A DNA stretch of 64,000 bases, taken from the NCBI RefSeq assembly GCF_009834535.1, contig NC_045696.1, positions 100,690,001 through 100,754,000 of the forward strand, in the 5' to 3' direction. The stretch's first letter is position 1. Each line of letters begins with the position of its first letter. A program made the translations under genes and the position numbers. Shown in pieces: positions 12,148 through 24,601 of this stretch. The stretch comes from Camelus ferus (lineage: Eukaryota). Below the pieces are notes generated by a model that was given only the letters and a program-made list of their open reading frames with translations, made no database searches and was not told the DNA's origin.

Positions 12148-13729
12148 GAACTAATTTGCTTTTAAATATACTACTTTATCATTGTTTTGATCTTGAAGTG
12201 ATTTGCCTTCAGCTGCAAACATAAATCATATTTTTTCATTTCAATAAGGGGACAGAAGGTGAAATATAAGCGTTAAATATATTGATCTGAAACAGAAAAA
12301 TTTGATACAAGGTCAGCTAAAAGGGAGGAATTATACTTCAGGGTATTTTGAAAATTTTCAAAGGTATTGGAACATTTTGTTATAAAGGATTATAACCAAA
12401 AATAGGACCTTTAAATAAATTGATTTGTTACAAATACTTACGACCTAAAATTGGTGCTGGGCTAAAATAATCAAACTTAATAATTTTTAAAAAATGTTGT
12501 GGGTCTTAGAGAATATTTTAAAAGTTTACATCCAGTATAGGATTATTACTAAATGTTTTAGAGAATATTGAGCTTTATTAAGACTAGTGAATTTCTTGGT
12601 CTTTAAAACTCGTATTTTAAATTTTCATGGCCTTTTCTCATTTTATAACATATTTATTTAATTTTACCCATTCAACAAACATTTGCTGAGCATCCTCATG
12701 TGTTAGGTACAATCATAGGGTCAAAAGTCACAGAGAAAAGATGTAAATGTGCACAGAATATTCACAGTCAGCTTAAGACACAGCTGAAGCTGTGTCCCTG
12801 TAACCAGGTACACAACAACACAAAAAAAGACGAGTCTTTGAGCGTCCATCCTTAATTCTAGTCATTTTCAAAGGTATTGGGAATGTTCCATTCAAAGGTA
12901 TGAGTTCTCTACTCTCACGTGCATCTTGCTTCCCCAGTGGAATTTCACATCTCTGTCTTCTGAGTGAAATACACTACTTTACTTAGTGGAAGGTTAACAG
13001 AATTCTTCATTAGTGCTGAGGCCTCTGAACTCTGATTTGAATTCTTTAGTCTTAACCTATTCTTCCCAAATTTAAAGGTGTTTTTAACTACTCACTTACT
13101 TGAGACAATCTATTTACAAATTAAAATCAGGGAAGTTCCTTTATTTCTTGTACCAGTACACCAACCAACCATGAATCTCTAAAAAATAGAAAATGGTGAA
13201 TAAATGTGGATCAGCAAATGGATGAATAAATGAAAAACTATCCATTGTATTTAGGGACAAAATTGCTCTTCCCATTAATCATACAGGTTACTATTTCCCC
13301 ATTAAAATATTTTAATTATATAAATTTAAGAAGCATAAGGGAAAAGATGGACAAATAGAAGAAAAATTCAGAGAACAGTTTCAATAATATACTAAATCCA
13401 GGACCACTGGAATGACAGAATGCTGAAGGAAGCCCAAGGAAGGTGATATTACTGGCAGGGGAAACAGAGAAGTCTTTGTTTGCTTGATAATGTAATTCTT
13501 CAAACAAATAAAATGTATTTTTCACTGAAAAACCTGAATTCTGGTGCTATATTTACACCAGTTTATTCAAAAGATTTTCAGAAGTTTGTATGGACCTAGA
13601 TACTGAAGCTAGTTGTTCAAGTCTATTCAACAACGTATCATTACACAAGTAAGATCTCTTCTGATTCTAAATATATTCTGTGAAATGCTTTTGGGGTTGA
13701 CATATCATATATAAAATATTTACTGAAAA

Positions 13730-13960
13730 GACTAACTAGAAATATATATAATATGGAAGAACAAGTTTATACTAATAGCACAGGAACTGTATTCAATAAC
13801 TTGCAGTAACGTATAATGAAAAAGAATATGAAAATAAATATATGTATGTATATGTATGACTCAAACATTATACTGTGCGCCAAAAATTGACACAATGTAA
13901 AGTGACTATATTTCAATTAAAAACATAAAACAAGCAAAACAAACAACAACAAAAAAACCC
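13730..13960 (+). mobile_element. L1 3' end (artiodactyl/camelid type)
   Basis: aacaagtttatact..tagcacaggaact.tattcaata.cttg..gtaac.tataatgaaaaagaatatgaa plus an A-rich tail. Homologous to 20800-21030 and 61690-61877. Confidence 0.85.
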
Positions 13961-14364
13961 CTACTTTGATTCCTATTTTTTTTACCCGTTTTTCTCAAAT
14001 TCATCTTATAACCCCTCCAAGAAAAGAAAAAAGTATGTCAGTATTTTCAATTTGAAATAACTTGATAAAAAGCAGCGACTGTTGAAGGTAGTTTTTCCTC
14101 TGTCAGTATGAATTGGAAGCCAAAGATTTTACAGATATGTGTACACATGCATGCATTTTTGTAGACCTGATCTCTAAGCCCAAACCCTTTGATTTCAAGG
14201 CTACATTGTTGCACCAATAATGACATAAACCCTTTCTATTATCGTAATAGAAAATTACATAAACCGGGATAAACTCAGATAGGAAGTATTTTTGCAGTTT
14301 TGCAGTGAAGTCAGGGAACAAAGCTTAGACTTGTATCAGCCTGTATGAGCTTCCTTGATCCAGA

Positions 14365-17300
14365 AAACGTTTTTTCCTTTAAGCACTGCTTTTGCTGCAT
14401 CCCACAGACTTTGATATGCTATGTTTTCATTTTCATTTAGTTCAAAATATTTTAAAATTTCTCTTGCGATTTCTTATTTTACTCTTCTGTTATTTAAGAA
14501 TATTTGGTTTTATTCCGACATATTCAGGGATTTTAATGTTATCTTTCTGTTACTGATTTCTAATTTAATTCCATTGTGATCTGAGGTCAAACATTATCTA
14601 GTTTTTATTGTTTCAAAGTCATTAAGGTGTGTTTTATGGCCTACAATGTGGTCTCGTGAATATTCCACATGAGCTTGTGAAAAAAAATGTGTGTTCTGTC
14701 ATTGCGGGATGAAATAGGCCACAGATGTCAATTATACTCGCTTGATATTGAGTGTGATTCTTGTTATTGAGTTCAACTGTCCATACTGAAATTCAGCTTG
14801 CTGGATCTATTCATTTTTGAGAGAAGTACATTAAAATTGACAGCTATGATAGTGGATTTACCTATTTACTCTTGAAGTTCTATCTGTTTCTACACCACAT
14901 CTTTGCTACTCCTTTGTTATTCACATGCATGTTAACAGTTGTTATGTCCTTGAAGAACTGAGCCCTTTATCATTAGGTAATGCCCTTCTTTCTCTCTAAT
15001 AAGTTTTATTTCAAAGTTAGCTCTGTCTGAAATTACTATACTGACTTCTGCTCTCTTTTGCTAGTGTTAACATGATATATTTTTCTCCATCCATTCACAG
15101 TTAATCTATACATGTCTAGACTAAAAGTGGGTTTTTATAGATAACATATAGTTGGGCCATGTGCTATGATTTACTCTAACATTCTCTTTTAATTGGTGCA
15201 TTTAGACCACTAATATTCAAAGTGATCATTAATATTCAAAGTTGGATAAATATCTACTATATTTGTTACAGTTTTCAATTTGTTGCCTTTGCTTTTTGTT
15301 CATATTTTTGTCTTCCAGTTTTTTTTTTTTTTGCCTTTTGTGGTTTTAATTTAGCACTTTATATAATTCTGTTTTCTCTCCTTTCTTAGCATATCGATTA
15401 CACTTACTTTTTTTTTTTTTTTAAGAAAAGTAGTTTCCCTAGAGCTTGAAATATACATTTACAATTAATCCAAGTCCACTTTCAAATAACACTGTATTGC
15501 TCACAGGTAGTGTGCACCTTGTAGTAACAAAATAATTCTAATTCCTTCCTCCAACCCCTTGTATCATTGCTGTCGTTCATTTTACTTGTGTATAAGCACA
15601 CAAAGCTGATACATAAGTGTATCTTATGTGTAAGTTATATACATAAGAACACATAACTGGATACATGGTTGCTATTATTACTTTGAGTAAACTATTGTCT
15701 CTTAGACCAATTAAGAATAAAAAAAATAAAAGTTTTTATTTTACCATCACATATTCCTTCTCTTCCTTTCTTACGAGTATCTGAGCTTCTAATCTATTAT
15801 TCTCCTTTTCACTAAAGAACTTTTCTTTTTAACATTTCCTATAAGTCAGGTCTACTGGCAACTGATTACAGATTTTGTTTGAGAAAGTTTCCGTTTCTTC
15901 TTCTGTTTTGAAGGATAATTTCACAGGATACACAATTCCAAATTGGTGGGGGTTTTTTTCCTCTCTCTTAACACTTAAAATATTTCACTCTACTCTCCTT
16001 TGTTTGCATGGTTTCTGAAGAATTGGATGTAACTCTTATCTCTGGCTTCTTTCAAGATTTTTTCTTTATCTTTGATTTTCTGTAGTCTGAAGATCAGATG
16101 CCCACGTAGTTTTTTTGGCATATATCCTGCTTGATGTTCTCTAAGCTTCCTGGATAAATGATTCGTTGTCTAATGTTGATATGGAAAAATTCTTAGTCAT
16201 TATTGCTTCAAATCTTCTTCTGTTTCTTTCTCTCTTTCTTCTCTTTTTGGTATTCCTTTTCCTTGTATGTTACATCTTTTGTAGTTGTCCCATAGTCCTT
16301 GGATATCCTGGGGGGGATGGTTCTTTTTTCTTTCTTTTTTTGATTTTTGAGGGTACTAATAAGCCCATGAAAGGTATTCTTCATTTCTATTACAGTGCTT
16401 TTGATCTCTAGTGTTTCGTTTGGTTCTCAGGATTTCCACCTCTCTGCTTACATTGTCCATCTGTTCTTGCATGGAGTCTCCTTTATTTATTAGAGTCCTT
16501 GACATATTAACCCTAATTGTTTTCAACTCCCAATATGATAATTCTAACGTCTTGCTATGTCTGATTCTGATCCTTGTTATGTCTCTTCAAATTGTTTTTG
16601 TTTTTGTTTTTTTGGCTTTTTGGTATTACTTGTAATTTTTTTCTTGACAGCCAGACTTGATGTACTGGGTAAAAAGAACTGCTGAAAATAGGCCTTTGTG
16701 AATGTAGCGGTGAGGTATGGGGAAGAAGCACTGCGTAATCCTATGATTAGGACTCAGTCTTTTAGCAAGCCTGTGCTTGTGGACTGTGAATCTCACAAGT
16801 GTTTCTCAGTTTCTTTCTCCCCACTTAGGGGAGGCAGGATGGCTAGAGTAGCTGAAGTGTGTTTCCCTTCCCCCGTGTAGAAGGCTGCAGCTGGCTGGGG
16901 TTGGGTACTTCCCTTTTACAGGTCAGGGAGGCTCTCCTTAACTAGTTTCCCCCGAGGGCAGGCCTTTTGAGAAGAACAGAGTGCTCTGATATTTCAAAAT
17001 GGCTTTTTTCCCCTTTTCCTTTGCTTGAAGACCGAGGAGATTTTTCTCCTATAATTACCGCGGGAACCTGGTTGAGCTCCTGAAGGTAAATCATACAACA
17101 TCATGGGGGGCCACCTGTACAGGGTCCCTCTGGGCTGTTCACTCTCAGAGTTGCCCACACTGAGCCTCCAGCAGATTTGTCAACTACAGTCCAGATTTTC
17201 CTGCCCCAGCACTGGTTCTCTCAGCAGTTTCCACTCATGAATCTCTGCTCCAATAAGCCATGTACCTCTCTGTTTAGCTGTCTGTCTCTCCGACCTCAAG

Positions 17301-17442
17301 AGCCACTATTTGCCCTGTATTCTCCCCTCTCTTATGGATCTGAGAAGAGCTGTTGATTTTCAGTCTGTTTAGACTTTCACTTGATTTAGGACTGAGTGGA
17401 GATTTCCGAGTTCTTTACATACAACTCAAAATTGTAAGTTCC
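14365..17442 (-). mobile_element. old L1 (L1MC/MD-like) 5' half: 5' UTR, ORF1 remnant, start of ORF2 (endonuclease)
   Basis: Reverse L1 ORF2 signature (taagcactgcttttgctgcatcccaca..tttgatatg; gatttctaatttaattccattgtg). Typical L1M 5' terminus near 17350-17442. No open frames. Confidence 0.8.
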
Positions 17443-17559
17443 ACTTATATTTAAAAACGATTTGAAACAAGAAAAATAGAAAAAAGGTAAAAAGATAATA
17501 AATGAAATCAAGGAATGATTAAATTGAAAATGAGTTACCGAGTTCAGTAGCTAATTCCT

Positions 17560-17910
17560 TAAAATGCTTTAAATGAATATATTTTAATAACTATTTTGGA
17601 TTATCCCAGGAATTTAAAGTAGTTCACTGTCATATTTATTAGCCAAATCCATTGTATTAACTAGAAAAAGCAGCAAACAAATGTATTATAACAACAGAAG
17701 TGAAAAAGTATTCAATAAAGACCCAGTTATTCTTTCTAATAGAAAATCTTAAATGACAAAATAATTAAACATTCTAAATATGATAAAGAAATCATTGCAA
17801 ATGTCCTGAAGAAATATTAAAATTATTTTTAATTAAAAGCAGGACTAGGCAGGATATTTGTACCAAGGTTATTGTTTCATATTACACTAGAACTTCTACC
17901 AAATTGAACG
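17560..17910 (+). mobile_element. very old L1M ORF2 (RT region) fragment
   Basis: Decayed ttatcccaggaat..aagtagttca...gaaaaagtattcaataaa...caggactaggcaggatat; homologous to the RT segment at 18570-18900. Confidence 0.55.
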
Positions 17911-18249
17911 GCACACACACACACACAACTAGAACAAAATAATAGCTTTCATGTATTCTATTTTTTTATTCTAATTTTTTCTGGAACAGTAAAGTTTGAC
18001 TCCTTCATCATCCTGCATATATCTTTCTCTGATTGACCTGAAGTATCTATTTTTATAACACTTATAATATTAAAGTTCTACTTATAGATAAAATTAGTAG
18101 CCAAGTCACCATAGTCAAGAAGCCCTTTCAGCTACCTTATAGCTCAAGTTTCTGGATATTGTGAAATGTTTCAGGCAAAAGTTATTACTTTCCTTTGATG
18201 GGTGTTTTACCTTTTCTTACCATATTTAGAAAGATAACACTCTGCCATA

Positions 18250-21033
18250 ACGGCACTGAAACTGAATCAGTGATTAAAAGACTCCCTACAAACAAAAGTC
18301 CAGGACCAGATGGCTTTACAGGGGAAGCCTACCAAACATTTAGAGAAGAGTTAACACCTAGCCTTCTGAAACTACTCCAAAACATGGCAGAGGAAGGAAC
18401 ACTTCTGAACTCATTTTGTGAGGCCACAATGCCAAAACCAGACAATGACATCACACAAAAAAGAAAATTACAGACAATATCACTTAGGAATATAGATGCA
18501 AAAATCTTCAGCTAAGTATTAGCAAATCAACTCCAACAATGAATTAGAAGGATCGTGTGCCATGATCAAGTGGGTTTTATCTTAGGGATGCAAGGATTTT
18601 TCAATATCAACAAATCAATGTGATCCACCACAGTAACAGACTGAAGAATAAAAACCATCTGATAATCTCAATAGATGCAGAAAAAGCTTTTGATAATATT
18701 CAAGATTCATTTATGATAAAAACTCTCCAGAAAGTGGGCATAGACAGAACATACCTCAACATAATAAAGGCCATATATGACAAACTCACAGCTGACATCA
18801 TACTCAATTGTAGAAAGGTGAAAGCATTTCCTCTAAGTTCAAGAACAACACAAGGATGCCCACTCTCACCACTTTTATTCAACACAGTTTTGGAAGTCCT
18901 AGCCACAGCAATCAAAGAAGAAAAAGAAATAAAAGGACTCCTAATTGGAAAAGAAGAAGTAAAACTGTCACTATTTGCAGATGATATGATACTATACATA
19001 GAAAACCCTAAAGATGCTACCAGAAAACTACTAGAGCTCATCAATGAATTTGGTAAAGTTGAAGGTACAAAATTAATATACAGAAATCAGCTGCATTTCT
19101 ATACACTAATAACAAAATAGCACAAAAAGAAATTAAGGAAACAATCCCATTTACTATCACATCAAAAAGAATAAAACACCTTGGAATAAACCTATCTAAG
19201 GAGGCAAAGGACCTGTACTCTGAAAACTGTAAGACACTAACAAAAGAAATTGAAGATGACATAAGCAGGTAGAGAGAGATATCATGATCTTGGATGAGAA
19301 GAATCAATATTGTTAAAATGGACATACCACCCAAGGCTATAGGCAGATTCAGTGCAGTTCCTATAGAGTTACCAATGACATTTTTCACAGAACTGGAACA
19401 AACAATGTTAAAATTTGTATGGAAATACAAAAGACCCCAAACAGACCAAACAATTTTGAGAAAGAAGAACAGAGCTGGGGAATCATGCTCCCTGACTTCA
19501 GATTATACTACAAAGCTTCAGTAATCAAAACAGTACAGTACTGGCACAAAAACAGACACACAGTTTAGTGGAATAAGATAGAAAGTCCAGAAATAAATAA
19601 ATGCACTCATAGTCAAGTAATCTATGACAAAGGAGGTCAGAATACACAATGGAGAAAAGACAGTCTCCTCAATAAGTGGTGCTGGGATAACTGGACAGCC
19701 ACACATAAAAGAATAAAATTAGAACATACTCTAACACCATATACAAAAGAAACTCAAAATGGATTAAAGATCTAAGTGTAAGACTGGATACTATAAAACT
19801 CCTAAAGGAAAACATAGGCAGAACATTCTTTGACATATATCACAGCAAATTTTTTTAGAACCATCTCCTAGTGATGGAAATAAGAGCAAAAATAAACAAA
19901 TGAAACCTAATTAAAAGCTTTTGCACAGCAAAGGAAACCATAAACAAAATGAAAAGACTTACAAATATTTTCTCCCTGCAGAATGGGAGAAAATATTTGT
20001 AAGTGACCCAAGTGACAAGGCACTAATTTCCAAAAGTACAAACAGCTTGTACAGCTCAGTATCAAAAAACCAAACAAACCAATTAAAAAAATGGGCAGAT
20101 AACCTAAAGAGACATTTCTCCAAAGAAGACACCCAGAAGACCAACAGGCACATGAAAAGATGCTCAATATTGCTAATTATTAGAGAAGCGCAAAGGAAAA
20201 CTACAATAAGGTATCACCTCACACCAGTCAGAATGGCCATCATTAAAAAGTCTACAAGTAACAAATGCTGGAGAGGATGTGGAGAAAAGGAACCCTCCTA
20301 CACTGTTGGTGGGAATGTAAATTGGTGCAGCCAATATGAAGGACAGTATGGAGGTTCTTTAAAAACCTAAAAATAGAGTTACTATATGATCCAGCAATCC
20401 CACTCCTGAGAATATATCCATAGTAAATTCTAATTTGAAAAGATACATGCACCCCAGTGTTCATAGCAGCACTATTTACAACAGTTAAGACATGGAAACA
20501 ACCTAAATGTCCATCAACAGATGAATGGATAAGGAAGATGAGGTATATATATACAATGGAATATTACTCAGACATAAAAAGAATAAAATAATGCCATTTG
20601 CAGCAACATAGATGGATCTAGAGATTATTATGTTAAATGAAGTAAGTCAGACAGAGAAAGACAAATATATGATATCACTTATATGTGGAATCTTAAAAAA
20701 AATACAAATTTTAATTACAAACCAGAAATAGACTCATGGACAAACTAAACTATGGTTAGCAAAGTGGAAGATAAATTAGGAGTTTGGGATTAACAGACAT
20801 ACATTACTATATATAAAATAGATAAACAACAAGTTTTTACTGTACAGCACAGGGAACTATATTCAATTTCTTGTAATAAGCTGTAATGGAAAAGAATATG
20901 AAAATATGTGTGTGTGTGTGTGTGTGTGTGTATGTATATGTATGTATTTGTATAACTGAATTGCTTTGCTGTATACCTGAAAGTAACATTGTAAGTCAAC
21001 TACACTTCAACAAAAAATAAAATTTAAAAAAAA
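18250..21033 (+). mobile_element. 5'-truncated L1 (~2.8 kb): ORF2 RT and C-terminal domain with frameshifts/stops, 3' UTR, poly-A
   Basis: ORF fragments [46 protein letters not shown] (FADD at 18974-18985), and CWRGCGEK (zinc knuckle broken by a 1-nt deletion). A-rich tail at ~21010-21033. Confidence 0.97.
20907..20930. repeat. (TG)12 microsatellite in the L1 3' UTR
   Basis: Direct read. Confidence 0.95.
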
Positions 21034-22678
21034 AGTTCTGGACATAAAGCTCAATGAAAGTGTGTTCTTTGTGTTGGTGATTAGCCAAGTCAAAAATAAA
21101 AAACCTATGATAGCATGAAAAGCTTTCCTATTTCATTCTATATACGATACTTAGGTGTTCTCCTTAGTTTATTATATTAATATAATAAATATAATGGAAA
21201 GTTCAACTGTCATTTTCTTTCAAAAACTAGAACTATTGATAATTTATGTTGATCTAAAAAAGAATAGCTCAATTTAGAAATCAGCATCTCTATTAAATTA
21301 TTACATTGTTAGCCACATCAGGAAATTATTTTATATTTTGTTTTCTAATGGAGGACTAATTCAAGAATTAACCTGGATTACTAAAGTAAAAATTTTCAAA
21401 AATTCAAAACAGAGTTAAGTTAGTGAATTTTACTCTTGTTTTTAGGAGCATGACTTTTTCTCATACATGTAAGAAACAGCTCAGCTTGAAAAGGAAGCAC
21501 TGTTTAGGGAAGAAATAGTCACTTGGGGAGTTGGTAGACCGACACAAGTTATACAAAGTGAAGGCTTCTAATAGTCATAGTGTGTAATGAATAACTATTC
21601 CCAGTATATGGTAGCTTAAAAGAACAATAAAATGACCAAGTCAAAGAAATAAAATCTTGATGCTAGTCCTAGGATTTGCTCTCAGTAACAAATAAAATAT
21701 ACAATAGGTGGAAGAATGTTTTATTTATGAGAGTAAAATGAATCGTACCCTAGGAAATAAGTGATTTGCTCTAGTAAACACCAAAAAGGCAAGAATTACA
21801 ATTTGATATGTCTCCCAAGGAGTGTGAAGCTCAGATAAAGGATGTGAGTCTGAAGTTGGAGAAGCACATACTTAATATTAATAGATGTCTCCACTTCGCA
21901 TCCAGACCTTGAAGTGATATATATCTTCCACGCTATGCCTCAGGATGACTATTTCATTTGTTAGAAACTACCACTGCCTATTTATAAAACTTGGTTTGTT
22001 TATAGCAAGAGTGCAAAATGCATTATGATTCCGTGAAACAAAAAAAAAGTTGATGTGAAAGCAATTTTTAGAAATAGTCCATGAGAAAAAAAAAAGTTAA
22101 CAGTTTTATTCAGTATTATATTTTGAAAAACAAAGCCTAAAGTAGTAGAATTCAGTCAAATGTGATATGTTGTATAGTCAAACTTAAACTATTAACCCTT
22201 TTGCAAAAATGACTTTTGATAGAAGTTAGGTGTTTACTATGTGCCAGGTACATTTTTAATCCTCCGCCATCCTCACCCACTAAGGCTATTTCTTGTCTTG
22301 ATAATCCTTTGCTGGAAGAGACTGAAATAAGAAGCATGTTATTTTGTTCTGCTTTGTTTTGTTCTGGTATGTGTGTATGTGGGTGTTTTAACAGACTATC
22401 CAGAAAGCCTTGAATTTCCTTTAAATTCTGCTAAAAACTTACCTTCTTGTTTAGTGTATCTATCTCTTATTTTATCATAGGCAATTTTTTAAAGGTATTT
22501 TTATATTTTATATGGAAGACTTCCCAGCCAGACACACAATAAGTTCGTTAAGTACCTTGCTAGTTCCCCCAGTATGGAATATGATTGTGTTGCCAAACTT
22601 TCTAACATTGCATAACTAAGGTCCAGCCTCCAATAGTGATTTTTTTTTTCTATCATTCAAATCCTCTCAAAGGCATTC

Positions 22679-23281
22679 TGAAAGCAGATAGGGTAGGGAG
22701 TCCCCAGAGAAAGAGAACCAGGCATGGTTTTCTTGACATAAGTCATTTTTGGCCTAAGAAATTTTGTGATCTAAGCCTGTCCACAATGTTTGTCCTTAAA
22801 CAGGTCTCAGAAATTAGTAATCTTAAAGGAACAAAAGAATGCAGGACTGTTACCAGGTGAAAGAATTAACAATAGCAAAGATAAGATATCAGTTGTATGC
22901 TTCCACTTCTATTTCAGTGGTGATAGATAGACCAGCCTGAAGCCTGAACCACCAAATCAGCTGGAAGCTAAGAGATGATGAGGTTGACCTTTTCTGATCT
23001 TTGTGATTTCAATCAACTAAAGCTTGGACGTGGTCAACCTTTGCCCCAATTCTATGTTGAATTCTCCTCTGCTCAAGATTCTTCATGAATATGCATGTAC
23101 CCTTAGCTTAAAACTTCCCCAATTTTGCTGTTGGGGAGACACTGCTTTGGGAAAGATTCCGGGGTGTGTTTCCCTTACTTGCTGCAATTAATAATAAACC
23201 CTCTTTTCTCCCGCTCATTGGCTTGACTGTATCTTTTGGCTCTACACACATCAAAAGGCAAATCCAGTTTTTCAGGTAAAA
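22679..23281 (+). mobile_element. ERV1-like solo LTR
   Basis: Starts TGAAAGCAG. AATAAA at ~23194-23199. Ends ..ttttcaggtaaaa (decayed ..gtaaca). TSD unclear. Confidence 0.8.
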
Positions 23282-23484
23282 CTTTCAGTTTCCACTAAAA
23301 GTAAGGCCATTTCAAATTATAACCCAGTTTCAAAGCCAATGCCATGAGTTTTGGATTTTTATTATGGTAGCAAATGACTACTGATCACCAAACTATTCTG
23401 CCTATTGCTGCCTAAAAAATTACTTCAAAACTTAGTGATTTTAGACAACAACCATTTAATTACATCACATAATTCTGGAGTCAG

Positions 23485-23943
23485 TGAAAGAGTAGAAAAC
23501 TAACAAGATAGCCATTGAGTTGTTTAGGCCTGAACTTCTAGCTAAACTGATCTTATGACAAACAGGCTCGCCTCCCTGTGCATTCTTTTCTTAGAATAAC
23601 TTGGCCTTTTACCCGAGAGGTCTTGTAAGAAGGTCATGGATTTCAAGGAAATGGGCAGACCTCCTAAATTCCTCCATAACAACAGCAAGTTCTTAACAAG
23701 ATGAAAGAATGTAACACCCTGTAAAATGCCCTGATTGTTATCACCATTTCTGTCCCATCCAGTTTTTCTACAAAACCTCAAGACCACAACCCCTAGACGG
23801 GCTCCTGGTCTTTAAGGCATTAGCCAGCCTGCTGTGACTCCCTTTGCGGGGCAAAGCAATAAAGCCGTTCTTTTCTACTCTCCCAAAACTCTGTCTCTGA
23901 CTCAGTTCAGCTATCAGCGTACAGAGGCTGTTTTTCTGCAACA
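23485..23943 (+). mobile_element. ERV1 solo LTR
   Basis: TG..CA termini, 4-bp TSD tcag/ccag, AATAAA at 23858-23863. Confidence 0.9.
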
Positions 23944-23964
23944 CCAGTGATTCAGGTGGAACTT

Positions 23965-24601
23965 TGAGACAGGAAGGGGGCAGGGCACAGCCATTCAAGT
24001 AATGATACAGCAATTAACATCAAAATGGTGTAAGACTCAACCCCCAGTAGGCCTTGAGGCTCAAGATGGTGGGAGATTTGACTTCCAGCAGGTCTTGAGC
24101 TTCATTATAAGGCCCATTGTAATATATTAACATGGTAAATAACATGCCCACAGGCACCATGGCAGTCCCAAGGCTAGCCACAAAAGGTCAAAGGGTGGGA
24201 AATGGCCAACTTCCTGGGAATCCCAGCCTCTTTCCCAGGGTAGTTAGACTGGTCCTTCCACTTAATAGCATATGAAGCCACTGAGCCCATAAAAACTGGC
24301 AACGCGGTGCCTCATGGCCGCAGCCCTCTCTCTCTCCCCTTTCAGAGATGGCCCGCACTTTCTATGGAGTGTGTACCTACTTTTAGTCTAATCTGAACAT
24401 CCAACCCCCACACCTCGTGGCCTTTCTTTTGCCTTTTGATGTATCTCTCTAAATAAATCTACCTTCACTCAACTGTGGCTCGCTCTTGAATTCTTTCCTG
24501 CGCGAAGCCAAGGACCCACACTTGGTGGGGCATGTCCCAGGGGCTCAACTGAAGCCTGGGACACGGCCCTCCTCATGCCCCACATCTGTTTTCCTGCATC
24601 C
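23965..24601 (+). mobile_element. ERV1 solo LTR, family X copy 1
   Basis: TGAGACAGG start, AATAAA at ~24452, 4-bp TSD actt/gctt. Closely similar to 33169-33804. Confidence 0.92.

Noticed and set aside
18195..20370. The longest ORFs (106-166 aa) as a host gene or active L1 ORF2
   Set aside because: They are frameshifted, stop-interrupted pieces of a 5'-truncated L1, and the minus-strand ORFs are its antisense shadows.
18147..21046. aagtttctggatat vs aaagttctggacat as the L1's TSD
   Set aside because: The match is imperfect and lies ~90 bp outside the apparent 5' junction, so it could be chance.
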